Notes: generated by a model from the sequence alone, not told the origin. A DNA stretch of 64,000 bases from Sedimentisphaerales bacterium (GCA_963708075.1 OY970194.1:2688001-2752000), one strand, 5' to 3'. Counted from the stretch's first letter, positions 10,645 to 21,219 are shown. A program made the numbers and translations.

Positions 10645-12037
10645 GAGTGATCTTCTCCCAGTAGCGGCCTGAGTCAAAATTCGGGCTGTTTTCCTTATCA
10701 TGACAATCCAGGCACCGAGGCGCCTTCATCAGCACTTTCTTGCCGGCGGCACTCTGGCTGGCCATAAGCTTGTTGTGATGGTCACCGCGCCCGTGACAGG
10801 CCTCGCAGGAGACATTTTTCAGATGACCGGTCAATTCCTGGCTCACGTAGCCATCCGAGGCCATGTACCCCACCGTGTGGCATTTCAGACACCTCGGATT
10901 GTACTGATGCCCCTGCTGCTCCAGCGACTCGAACGCGTGCGCGTGCTTGGACGCCAGCCAGATCTGGTACCCCACCTTGTGACAATCCCGGCAGCTCTCG
11001 GGCCCGACGTACCGGTCGGCGGTCTTACTGCGTGCGGCCGAGATGGAGGAAAGGCCCTCTTCATCGTCCTTGACGGGCCGGAAATCCCGAGCCTTAAGCT
11101 GCTCTTTGTATTCCTCGACCAGCGCCGTGATCTGTGCATCCTTCTCCATGGATTCTTCCAGCACGGTCATGCTGCCGGCGTACTGCCATGGCTCGTTCTT
11201 TTGATAGCGGATATCCAGTCGTCCGACGTTCTTTCCCTTGTCCGTGTTGAACACGATGGCTGACCGGTTCGCCAGGACCGGGTCCGTGGTGGCCTGTCGA
11301 ACCTTGCCGCCGACGATGACGTCGATCTCGAAAAACTGCGTCGCCAGGGCCTGCATCTGCGGCTCATCCGCGAATGCAAGCAGAACGATGAAATCCGCTT
11401 TCTGTTTGAGCTCGGGCAGGTACTTCGCAATCGCTTCCGTCGGCGCGACCAGACGAAGCCCGGCGCCAACCTGATCCGGCTCCACGCGATCGTCCACGAC
11501 GCCGATGATGCCGCAACGGTATCCATTGGACAGCTCCACCACAACATACGGCTCGACCACCGGCGCTCCATCGGGATCGAGCACGTTGGCCGAGATGAGC
11601 CGTCCGTAGTCCCGCCGGATGCGCCGCAAGCCCTCCAGGCCAAGGGAAAGCTCCCGATGCCCAACGTTGACGGCATGGTAGCCCATGACCTCATAGCCCT
11701 TGAGGATGTACTCCATCTCCAGGAGCTCCCATTCACGGGGCCCGGCGACAACATCCCCGGCATCGACGAGCAGAAAGTCCCTGGGGATATTGTGAGCCAG
11801 GAACGCGCGGCGGCGGCTGATCCCCCCTGCCATGCCGCTTGCACAGCCGCACGGCTCCATGTGCCCCTGGGTGTCACACGTGTAAAAGATGGAAAACGTC
11901 TCCGGCGGCCGGGCCGCTGCAGAGCCCAACCCCGGCCTTGATCCGCGCATGACAAATGCCAGCAAAAGCAGCACGAGTATTACCAGACTCGCCACGGCGA
12001 TGGCGGCACGGGATTTCTTCTTGCCTTCTACTCCCAC
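10631..12037 (-). CDS. Membrane-anchored UshA/5'-nucleotidase-like domain fused to a tetraheme c-type cytochrome (c554-like)
   Basis: DTQGHMEPCGC, GGISRR, VDAGD, NVGHRE; four CxxCH motifs (CRDCH, CLKCH, CEACH, CLDCH). Confidence 0.85.
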   Translation of the reverse strand: MGVEGKKKSRAAIAVASLVILVLLLLAFVMRGSRPGLGSAAARPPETFSIFYTCDTQGHMEPCGCASGMAGGISRRRAFLAHNIPRDFLLVDAGDVVAGPREWELLEMEYILKGYEVMGYHAVNVGHRELSLGLEGLRRIRRDYGRLISANVLDPDGAPVVEPYVVVELSNGYRCGIIGVVDDRVEPDQVGAGLRLVAPTEAIAKYLPELKQKADFIVLLAFADEPQMQALATQFFEIDVIVGGKVRQATTDPVLANRSAIVFNTDKGKNVGRLDIRYQKNEPWQYAGSMTVLEESMEKDAQITALVEEYKEQLKARDFRPVKDDEEGLSSISAARSKTADRYVGPESCRDCHKVGYQIWLASKHAHAFESLEQQGHQYNPRCLKCHTVGYMASDGYVSQELTGHLKNVSCEACHGRGDHHNKLMASQSAAGKKVLMKAPRCLDCHDKENSPNFDSGRYWEKITHGKD

Positions 12038-12048
12038 TCAAACCGCTC

Positions 12049-12726
12049 CTAATGAGTCAGCGCATACGTGAAGATGTTCACATTGATCTCCTGACTGTTC
12101 TTGATCTCGTTGCCCCCGCAGCAGCAACACTGGCGGCCGCCATCCTTGCCGGCGTTGCCCGTGTCGTTCAGGCCCTCCGGCGAGTAGATCAGGACGATTT
12201 TGCCCTCGATTTCCAGTCCCTCAAGCTGCGTTGTCCCGCCCTTCTTCAGTTGGATGGCGTGGACATCGAACACCGTGTGAAAGATCGGATGGTCCATGCC
12301 GATCTTGACGAGCTTCTTGTCCGGGAAGATCCTGCGGACCTCCTGCCGGAAGGACTGGTCCCACGGCGCGGAGGAGCAACCCGCCGAGGCAAGCAGGAAT
12401 CCCCCTCGCGTCAAATAGGATTTCAGGATCTGACGCTCCCTTTCCGTCAGGCCGAACGATCCTTCGCCCGTCATGATGGCGAACGGGAACCGGAATACCT
12501 CCTCATCAGCGAGCTTGACGGCCGTGAATCTCCGCTCGGGTTGGCAGTTGGTCTCGCGGCTTACTGTAGCCAGGAACTGGTCGCTGAAACATACCGAGCT
12601 CTTGGATACCGCGTAGACAAGGTTGGCGCATCTGAGTTTCTCCCCTTCATCGGAGGATTGATTCTGTGCCCCTGACACGCTGAGCAGGACCATCGGCAGG
12701 ATCAGGTACATGGCTTTCTTGTTCAT
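12049..12726 (-). CDS. DUF4159-like protein
   Basis: FPFAIMTGEGSF, L..YLTRGGFLL, HPIFH, NIFTYALTH; located in a MoxR operon. Confidence 0.8.
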   Translation of the reverse strand: MNKKAMYLILPMVLLSVSGAQNQSSDEGEKLRCANLVYAVSKSSVCFSDQFLATVSRETNCQPERRFTAVKLADEEVFRFPFAIMTGEGSFGLTERERQILKSYLTRGGFLLASAGCSSAPWDQSFRQEVRRIFPDKKLVKIGMDHPIFHTVFDVHAIQLKKGGTTQLEGLEIEGKIVLIYSPEGLNDTGNAGKDGGRQCCCCGGNEIKNSQEINVNIFTYALTH

Positions 12727-12773
12727 CGTTCAGTTCTCCCGCGTGTTAGCGCGGGCGGGATTGAAACCCGCCC

Positions 12774-15656
12774 CTACTTGTCCTCGGCCAGCCGCCGGAA
12801 GTAGGCCTCAATCAGTTGTCTGTATTCGGCCATCATGCGGCTGTCACCCGCGACATTGGACTCCTTGTCCTGTTTGGATTGAGGGGTCAGCTCCTCGATG
12901 TTCCCGGACAGATCATGCCGGGTCGGAGCATTGATTGCCTGCGCCTCTGCCTTCTCGACGCCTGGAATTGTCGTGGACTCCTTCAGCATGTCCCGGCCGA
13001 ACGTGTCATTGCCGAACACGGACATACTGGACTGCCCGCCTCCATACCCGGAGGCGCCCCGCCCAAGCGCACCCATCAGTCCCATGCCCATGCCCTGGCC
13101 CTGGCCCATCCCCATGCCAAGCCCCTGGGCCAGTTGGTTCATCGTATTGCCTGGATTCAGCATCATCTGAATCTTCAGCCGGAACTCACAGTTCTTGCAG
13201 CCCTTGCCGCCGGTGTTCTCACAAAAGGAAATCATGGCGGCCATCTGTTTCAGGGCCTCGGCCACGTTTGGATAACCCTCCACTCCGCTGCCCCGATTGA
13301 GAAAGCCGGCCCCGGTCTGCATCAAGTCGACGATGCGCCGCTCTTCGATCTCGGCGGCGATTTTCTGAGCATCATCGGCGACCTTCGGATAGGCCTCTCT
13401 GATCTCCTCGCCATGCTCCCGGAACTGCTTCTTCAACGTGTCGAGCCCCTTCTGAACGGCCGTCTCCCGTTCACCAAGCTCCTTAAGGCGAACGCGGGTC
13501 TCAAGATCATCCGCTTCGACCTCGCTGAACGACTTCGTCTCGCGGGTCAGATGCTTCTGCTCCATGTACAGCATCTTGAAGGTTTCGACATCGGCCATCA
13601 GCTTCATCACCTGCTCGATCTCCCTGTTGGCCTGCTGGATCTTGTCCTTCATCTCCTTCGTCTGTGCCCCAAGCGCTTCGAGGGCCTTCTTCTGTTCCTC
13701 CATGGCGTTGGCAACATGCGGCGAGGGCTTTGCGCCGGCCTGAGAGCCGTCCTTCATCTCCTGGGCACTATTGGCCATGTGGCCCTCGGCTGTGGTCATA
13801 CTTGTGCTGAAGTCCGCCAGGAATTGCTTATAGTCCTTCTCAATATCGAAGACCGGCGGATTCTTCGATTCCTCCGCCAGTTTCTCGGCCAGCGACTGCG
13901 CCTTCTTCGCCAGCTCATCCTGCCGCTTCTCCAAGTCCTGCAGCTTCTCCTGCGAAGCCTGGGACGGCGGCGCGTCGCCGGCTTTGGCGAGACTCTCCTG
14001 AAGAGCTTCCGTCTCGCGAGCCAGTTGCTCCTGGGCCGCGACAAGCTGGTCCATCTGGCTGATGATGTTGTCATATTTGAGCCGCAGGTCCTTCGCCGTC
14101 ATCTCATTCCGCATCATCTCGGCGAACTCCTCCTCGGAGATGATCTGCAGCTTGTACGGCTCAGTGGATATCGTTTGGGGCGATGCGGGAAGCGAGTCGG
14201 TGGCCGTGGCGTAGAAATCGATTACGTCGCCCGGCCGGACGCCCAAGTCCGCCAGGTCCAGCGTCTCCATCACGTTGACGAATATCCCGCCGCCCCCCTG
14301 CTGCATCAGATGTTTGCGGGCGTCGTCCGAGTCATTGAAGCTGCGGTAAATACTGACATCGCTGATGCCGAGATCGTCCTGTGCCTCGATCAGGATGGGG
14401 ATCTTGGCCGTGGGGATGGCCAGCGACTGGATGGCGGGACTGGTGATACTGATCATCGGCTTGTTGTCGGGGATGATCGTCGCCCTGCCTTTGAACGGCT
14501 CGGTGCTGGCGTTGCCTTCGACATCCTTGACGGTCAGGGAGAAGTCGCCCTGGTCGGTCAATGGAAAGACAACCTGTGCCGTGTTATCCGGCTGGCCCGT
14601 GCACGTGTACGACCGATTGCCGATGCTGATCGTTCCGCCGCTCAGCGGGCGATTGGATGCCACGTTCATCGTCACCTCGGTGCCCTTGTACGCCTTCAGT
14701 GTGCTGTCGCCCTCGCTCAACGTGGTGTTTCTCTCCTGAAGCCGCGAATACGACGGATAACGATAGTGCACGCGGACCGACTCGATCCGAGGCGTCTTGC
14801 ACAGGGAGACTCGGTAATACTTGCTCCTTCCCCGCTCTACGCCCGCCCAGTAGATCAGGTCGGAACGGATGTCTTCGATAGTCTGGAAGTAGCTGCCGTC
14901 CTGGGATTTGAACATGGGGACCTTGTTGGCCTCGCCGCCTTCCGGATTCTTGACGAGGAGCGAGACGTCCTTGGGCGTCCGGCCACGAGCGGTCACCTTC
15001 ACGGTGAGCGCCTTGCCGTAATCCACCACGGCCCCGGCGGGATCGACGATCAGTTTCGTCGCGCTGTAGGGCGGATGATCCGCGTACGGCGAGAGAAACC
15101 GCGGCAGCTCGGTGAACATCCAGCCGGAGAAGACAATCATGGAGACCACCCACACCGCCAGAACACCCGCGAGAATGTAATACTCCTGCCGCAGCGTCGG
15201 CGGCTTGAGGCTTTCCAGTGCCTCCAGATGATCGAAGGACTGGACGGCACGCTCGATGCCTTTGCGCATCAGCGCCGGCGATGCGCCGCCGATACCGCGA
15301 TCGTCCAGCCGGTGCTCAAAGTCAATAGCGTTGGTCAGGTCGTTGCCGATCTCGGGATGCTCGCTCTCCACGAGGCGGGCCAGCATTTTGTCTTTGGCGA
15401 CCGTCCGGTTCAGCCGCCACTGGGTCACCACCACTACGGCAAGGGTTGCCGCGATCGCCGCCAGGTTCAGGGTCATGCGTGCCCACGAGCCCAACTGCAT
15501 GACCGCGTCCAGGTAGAAGCAAAGGGCGATCAGCGTCAACCCGACCCACAGGCCCCGCACGAGGGCCAGCCGCCACACCGCTCGCCTGCGAACGCCATTC
15601 AGCAGCGCCACGGCATCTCTCACCGACACTTGCGCCTCGATTGCTGGATTCATCAT
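12774..15656 (-). CDS. Large membrane-anchored coiled-coil protein (DUF4175-like)
   Basis: N-terminal TM helices, Ig-like middle (PPxY-like, D.KP, A.DDLGI), coiled-coil C-terminus ending YRQLIEAYFRRL. Start moved to 15656 (GAGGTGG upstream) because the longer ORF runs through a REP-like palindrome. Confidence 0.75.
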   Translation of the reverse strand: MMNPAIEAQVSVRDAVALLNGVRRRAVWRLALVRGLWVGLTLIALCFYLDAVMQLGSWARMTLNLAAIAATLAVVVVTQWRLNRTVAKDKMLARLVESEHPEIGNDLTNAIDFEHRLDDRGIGGASPALMRKGIERAVQSFDHLEALESLKPPTLRQEYYILAGVLAVWVVSMIVFSGWMFTELPRFLSPYADHPPYSATKLIVDPAGAVVDYGKALTVKVTARGRTPKDVSLLVKNPEGGEANKVPMFKSQDGSYFQTIEDIRSDLIYWAGVERGRSKYYRVSLCKTPRIESVRVHYRYPSYSRLQERNTTLSEGDSTLKAYKGTEVTMNVASNRPLSGGTISIGNRSYTCTGQPDNTAQVVFPLTDQGDFSLTVKDVEGNASTEPFKGRATIIPDNKPMISITSPAIQSLAIPTAKIPILIEAQDDLGISDVSIYRSFNDSDDARKHLMQQGGGGIFVNVMETLDLADLGVRPGDVIDFYATATDSLPASPQTISTEPYKLQIISEEEFAEMMRNEMTAKDLRLKYDNIISQMDQLVAAQEQLARETEALQESLAKAGDAPPSQASQEKLQDLEKRQDELAKKAQSLAEKLAEESKNPPVFDIEKDYKQFLADFSTSMTTAEGHMANSAQEMKDGSQAGAKPSPHVANAMEEQKKALEALGAQTKEMKDKIQQANREIEQVMKLMADVETFKMLYMEQKHLTRETKSFSEVEADDLETRVRLKELGERETAVQKGLDTLKKQFREHGEEIREAYPKVADDAQKIAAEIEERRIVDLMQTGAGFLNRGSGVEGYPNVAEALKQMAAMISFCENTGGKGCKNCEFRLKIQMMLNPGNTMNQLAQGLGMGMGQGQGMGMGLMGALGRGASGYGGGQSSMSVFGNDTFGRDMLKESTTIPGVEKAEAQAINAPTRHDLSGNIEELTPQSKQDKESNVAGDSRMMAEYRQLIEAYFRRLAEDK

Positions 15657-15707
15657 ATATCCACCTCGGATTCTCGTGCCGATTCCTTCCGAGAATTTCG
15701 CATCTAT

Positions 15708-15803
15708 GGGTGGCAGCGCCAAGCGCAGCTTGGCGATGGTTTGCCCAGGCAATGGCTTGTCCATTCGCCATCGCCAAGGCCTTCAGCCTTGACGCTGCCA
15801 CCC
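15708..15803. repeat. REP-like palindrome, family A (GGGTGGCA...TGCCACCC)
   Basis: Inverted ends with an internal GATGG/CCATC hairpin. Related copies at 21220-21418, 29731-29786, 39609-39655, 46375-46466 and a partial copy at ~1685-1704. Confidence 0.8.
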
Positions 15804-15842
15804 GGATTGGCGTCCCGTACCACGCTATTTCAGCTTCACTTC

Positions 15843-18092
15843 TTACAGCAGTCCTGAGGCTCTCCTCAGGAACCACTCGATGCCAAGGACACAAATCAGC
15901 ATACTGAATACCGGCAGGCGATCCCAGATGTCCTTCGGCTTGACGCGTTCCCTCGCCAGCGTCTCAAACGCCTGCATCTTGTCCGGCAAGGCGTCCAGTT
16001 CCGCCACCTCGAGCATTTCCCCGCCCGTGACCTCGGCAATCAGGTTCATCATCTCCCTGTCGGCTTGCACGCAGCGCTGCTCGACGGAATCATCATAGAC
16101 CGTGAAGCGCACCATGTCCTTCTCGGGCTTGCCGATATTGCTGAAGAGGATCGCCTCGTACTCGCCTTCGGCCTCGGGAGCAAACTGCGCCACGTAGACA
16201 GCCTCGTTATCCTGCCGGGGCTCCGGGGTGAGCCGGACCTTGCGGCCGTCCGGCTGTGCCAACTCGATCCTCGGCTTATAGCGCGACCGCTCCACGAGCT
16301 TGGCGCTGACGGTCATCCGGATCATCTCCCCCGGCCGGTACGTGTTCTTGTCGATCTGGAACGAGACGTCCCGGCCGGGCAGAAATTCCGAGCCCGAGAC
16401 CAGCCAGCGAATCATCTGGCTCCAGAACCGCCCGTAGACATCATCATACTGCTCCAGCCGCTCCGGGAGGAAGCTCCACTGCCACAGGCCGGAGGCCCCG
16501 ATGCTCATGACCTTGCCTTTGCCGTACCGCTGGTAAACCACCGTCGCAATCTGCTCGCTGCGCCGGCCCTCTTCGACACGGGCCAGCACGACAGCCAGTG
16601 ATTTCTCATCCGTGACCCTCGTGACGCTCGTCATCGCGGGAAGCTCGCGGATGATAACGTCGCTGGCCTTCCCGCGAGAGCCGTAATCGAATATCGGGTT
16701 TGCCTTGCCCTCCTCCGTCAGCTCGAAGTGCGCATCCGTAAGTGTCCCGTCGCCCCACCGGACCGGCTCAATCTTCGCCAGCTCCGGACTACTTCCCGCG
16801 TAGGGCTTGCCCCGAAAGAACACGACGCTGCCCCCGTCTTCGCCGATATACTCCTGGAGCAGTTTCAACTCGCTACTCGAGAAAACCTCATCGATATCCT
16901 TGCCCAGGAAGATGCAGTCGTACTTTCGCAGTTCCTCTCGCGTCCGCGGCATCTGGAGCCCCGGCATCACCGTTTTCTCCGTCGTTTTGTCCTCGGAGAG
17001 CTTCTCCACGACGGCAAACGTCTTATCCGGATTGATATAGAAGATCGAGGTGACTTCCACGTTCATATCCGCGCGGAGCGTGCGAAGCAGGAACTTGCTG
17101 TCCCAGTGCGGCCGGGCCTCTACCACCAGGACTCTCGTCTTGTCGTCGATCACACGGGCGATCACGCTTCGCTTGTTGTTCGCCGGGTCGCTCTCGCCTG
17201 CCAGCGGGTCCACCTCCACGCGGTACTGGAACGTCCCTCTTTGCTCCTCGCGGATGGGGAAGCTGGTCTCCGCGTGCCCATTCTCGAGCATCACCTGCTT
17301 CGACGTGACGAGCTTATCCTCGCGATACAGGTGGATGTTGGCTGTCCAATCGGCATACCCGGTCCCCATGAGCGAGACGTTCACGGACGCGGGCTGTCCC
17401 GCCAGCAGGAAATTTGAGTTCAGCCGGGCGAGGACGTGGATGTCCTTCACCTCCGAGGCCGTCCCGACAGGAACCGTCCACACCGGGACCTTCAGGGTCC
17501 GAAGGTAGCGGGCCGCACTGCGCATGCTGGACTGCGGGTCCAGTTCATTGCTCCTGCCGTCGCTGAGGAGCAGGATGCCGCGCGTCCTGTTGTTTGCGCC
17601 GCCTTTGACGGAATCGGTCAGCGCTGCACCGATATGCGTTTCCCGGCCTTCCACTTGCTTGCTGTCGGCCAGGAATCGCAACGCCGTTCTCCGAAGGCCC
17701 TTGTCGAAACTGAATAGTTGCACCTCGTAGTTCCTGCCCAGCTTTGTGAGCAGGGAATTCTTCTTGGCTTGCAGAGCGCCGACGGCGGCCTCGTATCGGC
17801 TTTGATTTTCCACGTCCTTCGTGTTCATGCTCTGCGAGGTGTCCACGAGCACGGACAAAGCGGGCTTGTCCCGCGACTCCTCCTGCGGGATCAGGGCCAT
17901 CGGCCTCATCAGCAGGACGATCAGACCACAGAGCACCCCGACGCGCATCAGCACCAGAGCGATTCGCAGGAATCTGTGCATCCCACGGGCGGTACGCGCA
18001 TAGACCAGCAGGACCACAAGGGCCGTCACCGCGCCGATGCCCAGGAGCAACGGGACCGAAAACAGCGGATCAAATATGATGTTCCAGCCCAT
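15843..18092 (-). CDS. Membrane vWA-domain protein with glutamine-amidotransferase-like C-terminal region
   Basis: MIDAS DTSQSM, T.IGAAL, LLSDG; YGKGKV, W.W.F, FWSQMIRWL, EWFLRR. Confidence 0.8.
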   Translation of the reverse strand: MGWNIIFDPLFSVPLLLGIGAVTALVVLLVYARTARGMHRFLRIALVLMRVGVLCGLIVLLMRPMALIPQEESRDKPALSVLVDTSQSMNTKDVENQSRYEAAVGALQAKKNSLLTKLGRNYEVQLFSFDKGLRRTALRFLADSKQVEGRETHIGAALTDSVKGGANNRTRGILLLSDGRSNELDPQSSMRSAARYLRTLKVPVWTVPVGTASEVKDIHVLARLNSNFLLAGQPASVNVSLMGTGYADWTANIHLYREDKLVTSKQVMLENGHAETSFPIREEQRGTFQYRVEVDPLAGESDPANNKRSVIARVIDDKTRVLVVEARPHWDSKFLLRTLRADMNVEVTSIFYINPDKTFAVVEKLSEDKTTEKTVMPGLQMPRTREELRKYDCIFLGKDIDEVFSSSELKLLQEYIGEDGGSVVFFRGKPYAGSSPELAKIEPVRWGDGTLTDAHFELTEEGKANPIFDYGSRGKASDVIIRELPAMTSVTRVTDEKSLAVVLARVEEGRRSEQIATVVYQRYGKGKVMSIGASGLWQWSFLPERLEQYDDVYGRFWSQMIRWLVSGSEFLPGRDVSFQIDKNTYRPGEMIRMTVSAKLVERSRYKPRIELAQPDGRKVRLTPEPRQDNEAVYVAQFAPEAEGEYEAILFSNIGKPEKDMVRFTVYDDSVEQRCVQADREMMNLIAEVTGGEMLEVAELDALPDKMQAFETLARERVKPKDIWDRLPVFSMLICVLGIEWFLRRASGLL

Positions 18093-18127
18093 GATATCCC
18101 ATCATCGCGAGTACATAAGTCACCCGT

Positions 18128-20239
18128 TCACTGCCGGAGCAGCATCGTCAAAAGCTGCTCGACGCACAACAGACCGATCGCCGCCAGCAGGAAATAGTGC
18201 CACAGCGGCCGTCCCTCCAGCAGGGCCTCGATGCCCACCGTGTCGGCGCTGGCCAGGAACGCCGCACTGGGGCCCTTTTTGGCAAGCTCCTTCAACTGAC
18301 CGGTGTCGAGCTTCTCCAGGTTGCTCTCCAGCGGGTCCACATTGACGGCAATGGACCCCGCGACCTTGCCGGAAGCGTGAACACGATAGAAGCCGCACGC
18401 ATTTGTCTTGGGGAAAAAGACGGCCGTGCCGCCCTGCCCCTTATCCAGGTTGCCCTCAATGGCCTGCCCGGCGGGGTTCTTGAACTCAAGCGGATCGGTG
18501 TCGGCCACCGGCGGAATCGTCGTGTAGCAGGGCTCGCCGACAAGGAACGCATTGCGGCGGCCGGTGCTGGGCCTGAGGCCCTTGACGATCTCATGGATCA
18601 GCGGCACGAACAGCGTATGCCGGGCCAGATCGCTGTGGCTCAGGGAGCAACTAAAATTGCACAGCAGAAGCGTGCCGCCGCCTACAACCGTCTGGGCCAT
18701 GGCGATGTTGCCGTCATCGTATTGCAGCAGGACCTGCCCTTTCTGCTTGATTCTCTCCGTGCTGAAGAACCTCTGAAACCTGAGCTCGCCCAGCTCGGGC
18801 GCTTCCCGGAACTTGCGGAGAATGTCATTATCGAAATTGCCCTGGGCAAGGCTTGCGTGTCCGCCGCGCTGAGACAGGTCGATCTGGCCCGTGAGCTTGA
18901 ACGGAAGCGTCAGGTTGCCTTCCGACCAGGCGGCGAGATGATCAAGGTTCTGGCTGCCCGCAGACCCCACGTGGAAATAGACTGCGCTGCCGCCGCTCTT
19001 GAGGTACTCCAGCAAGGCCTCTCCGGAGCGCCTCGACAATTCATGAATATCGGACAGCACAACCACCTGCGCAGCAGCCAGTGCCGCCGGGTTCAACTCG
19101 CTGGACGGAATGACTGTCGCGACGGCTGCCGCCTGGCGGGCTTCCTCAAACGGGTTGATCGCATTGACCAGAAAGCGAGCGCCGCTTTGCTCGCGGGTCC
19201 GGTCGTCATCGGTGACCACCAGCACGCCGATCTTCTCTGCCAGCGAGAGGATGAAATATCGCTGATTATCGATTTCGAGGCCGTCTTCAGGAATGAACAC
19301 CCGCCCCTCATATTGGCCGCTGTTGTGAATCCGCAGGTGAAAGCTGGTCGAGACGGTGGACTGTGGCTCAAGCTCCAGCTCCTGCTTGAAGCTTTCGCTA
19401 TCCCGAAACCGCATCTCGACGGGCAAGCGGTGCGGCCGATCGCTGTAATTGGCGACTTTGCACACGATTTCGATGTTCTCCGAGACGGTCGGAGAACCCG
19501 GCCGTATGGCCACGTCGGTCACGGCACAATTCTCCGCCCGCTCGGGACCCACCGGCAGAAACACCAGTTCGACATCCGGTTCGATTTTGCCGAAATCCAC
19601 GGACGACCAGTTCGTCCTCTGGAAGTCGGAAATGAAGCAGATGTGCTTGCTGCCCGCTGCGGCCTTGAGCTGGCTAACGGCCTCGGCAATCGCGGCGCCG
19701 ATATTGGGACACTCCTGCCGGACCGTGGCGTTGCGAATGTCCCTCCGGAGCAGAAAGAGGTTGTCACTGGGCTCGTCGAACGAGCTGTCCGGGGTCGCCC
19801 CCATGAGGATCAGATTGAACTGGTCCACCTTGCCATAATGGTCGAGCAGCGTCGTCGCCGCGGCTTTCGCCTGCGTCAGAGGGCTGACGCCTGCATACCG
19901 GTATTCCATGCTTGCGGAGACATCCATCAGAATGATCGTGGTCCGCCCCGCCTTTGGGTCCTGGGACCGGCCGCTTCCCTGCATGAGGGTGGGCCGCAAG
20001 AACGCAAGCAAAATCAACAGCAGCAAAGCGGTTCTCACCAGCAGCAGCAGGATATGCCGTACATGATACAGTCGCGACTGGTGGGCTCGGGCGGCCAGCA
20101 GGAACCGCAGAGAGGGGAAGGTCATGTTCTTCGGCGTGCGGCGGGTGAGCAGGTGGATCAGCAGCGGCACGCCGAGCGCGAACACCCCGATGGCCAGTGC
20201 CGGATTGGCGAACAGGATATTTCCTAAGAGAATCCGCAT
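18128..20239 (-). CDS. BatA N-terminal plus vWA domain membrane protein
   Basis: PLLIHLL...FPSLRFL, DVSASM, ISDFQ, DNQRY, AVN...ESNL, LWHYFLL. Confidence 0.85.
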   Translation of the reverse strand: MRILLGNILFANPALAIGVFALGVPLLIHLLTRRTPKNMTFPSLRFLLAARAHQSRLYHVRHILLLLVRTALLLLILLAFLRPTLMQGSGRSQDPKAGRTTIILMDVSASMEYRYAGVSPLTQAKAAATTLLDHYGKVDQFNLILMGATPDSSFDEPSDNLFLLRRDIRNATVRQECPNIGAAIAEAVSQLKAAAGSKHICFISDFQRTNWSSVDFGKIEPDVELVFLPVGPERAENCAVTDVAIRPGSPTVSENIEIVCKVANYSDRPHRLPVEMRFRDSESFKQELELEPQSTVSTSFHLRIHNSGQYEGRVFIPEDGLEIDNQRYFILSLAEKIGVLVVTDDDRTREQSGARFLVNAINPFEEARQAAAVATVIPSSELNPAALAAAQVVVLSDIHELSRRSGEALLEYLKSGGSAVYFHVGSAGSQNLDHLAAWSEGNLTLPFKLTGQIDLSQRGGHASLAQGNFDNDILRKFREAPELGELRFQRFFSTERIKQKGQVLLQYDDGNIAMAQTVVGGGTLLLCNFSCSLSHSDLARHTLFVPLIHEIVKGLRPSTGRRNAFLVGEPCYTTIPPVADTDPLEFKNPAGQAIEGNLDKGQGGTAVFFPKTNACGFYRVHASGKVAGSIAVNVDPLESNLEKLDTGQLKELAKKGPSAAFLASADTVGIEALLEGRPLWHYFLLAAIGLLCVEQLLTMLLRQ

Positions 20240-21189
20240 CGTCGTCGCCGTCTCTCTATATATCCCTGTAAAGCCGCCGGATACGGGGTCTCCGTGCTCA
20301 TCAGCTCGTAATCGATCCTTCGCGCCTCGGCCATGGACATGATCGTGTCGATATACTGCTGCAGCTCGCGGCTGTACGCCTGCCGGACGTCATCGGGGAC
20401 AGACGTCAGCCTCTCACCGGATTCCAGGTCGACGAAATTCACGCTCGCCAGGTTCGGCAGCTCCAACTCGTGCTTGTGCAGAACGTGGAACAGCACGACC
20501 TCGAAGCCGCGGTGCAGATACATGTCCAGCACGCCGAACAAGGCCTCGGGATCGTCCAGGAGGTCGGAGATCACAACGAGGATCCCCCGCCGCTTCAGCA
20601 GCGAAGAGGCCTGCTGCAATACCTTCGACGTGCAGGTCTTGCGATGGACCTTCTGCACTTCCAGCGCATGGAGAATCTCGTTGAGATGGGTGAACGTGCT
20701 GCCCGCGGGCAAATGCTGCTCGATGTCGGAGCCGAACAGCGTCAGACTCACGCGGTCCCCCTGCTTGAGCAACAGATAGCTCAGCGCAGCGCTGAGAAAG
20801 CACGCGTAATCGTACTTCGAGACATCCTCCTTCCCGAAGAACTTCTCATGCGAGGACCCGCCGAACGCCATGGACGCGCTGCAATCGACCAGCAGGTAGC
20901 AGGTCATCACCGTCTCCTGCTCGCACAGCTTGATCACGTAGCGGTCGGTCCGCCCGTACACCTTCCAGTCGATCTTTCGGATATCGTCGCCAGGCATGTA
21001 CTCGCGGTAGTCGGTGAACTCCTGCGAATGGCCCTTGATCAGTGACTTGTGCTTGCCCGTGTAGGCGCCATCAACGGCCCCGCGAGGAGAAAAGGACAAG
21101 TGCTTCAAGAACCCGAGGGTGCGTTCATCAAGGTACTTGTGTGATTCGCTTCGCAACGGAATGTCCACACCCTGTCGCATCCTACTCAT
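20224..21189 (-). CDS. DUF58 protein (vWA-like, MoxR-associated)
   Basis: G.HKS...EFTDYREYMPGDDIRKIDWKVYGRTDRY, DCSASM, ISDLL. Confidence 0.92.
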   Translation of the reverse strand: MSRMRQGVDIPLRSESHKYLDERTLGFLKHLSFSPRGAVDGAYTGKHKSLIKGHSQEFTDYREYMPGDDIRKIDWKVYGRTDRYVIKLCEQETVMTCYLLVDCSASMAFGGSSHEKFFGKEDVSKYDYACFLSAALSYLLLKQGDRVSLTLFGSDIEQHLPAGSTFTHLNEILHALEVQKVHRKTCTSKVLQQASSLLKRRGILVVISDLLDDPEALFGVLDMYLHRGFEVVLFHVLHKHELELPNLASVNFVDLESGERLTSVPDDVRQAYSRELQQYIDTIMSMAEARRIDYELMSTETPYPAALQGYIERRRRRCGFS

Positions 21190-21219
21190 ATCTGTTTAGC
21201 CTGGAAAGGCCCCAATGCT

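Noticed and set aside
11840..11860. Selenoprotein recoding in the UshA-like gene
   Set aside because: The codons are TGC-GGC-TGT; there is no in-frame TGA.
12816..15857. 1013-aa plus-strand ORF (likewise 488..1819, 18197..20227, 27650..28858, 54215..55696, 59804..61396)
   Set aside because: Antisense shadow ORFs of well-supported genes in GC-rich DNA, with no motifs.
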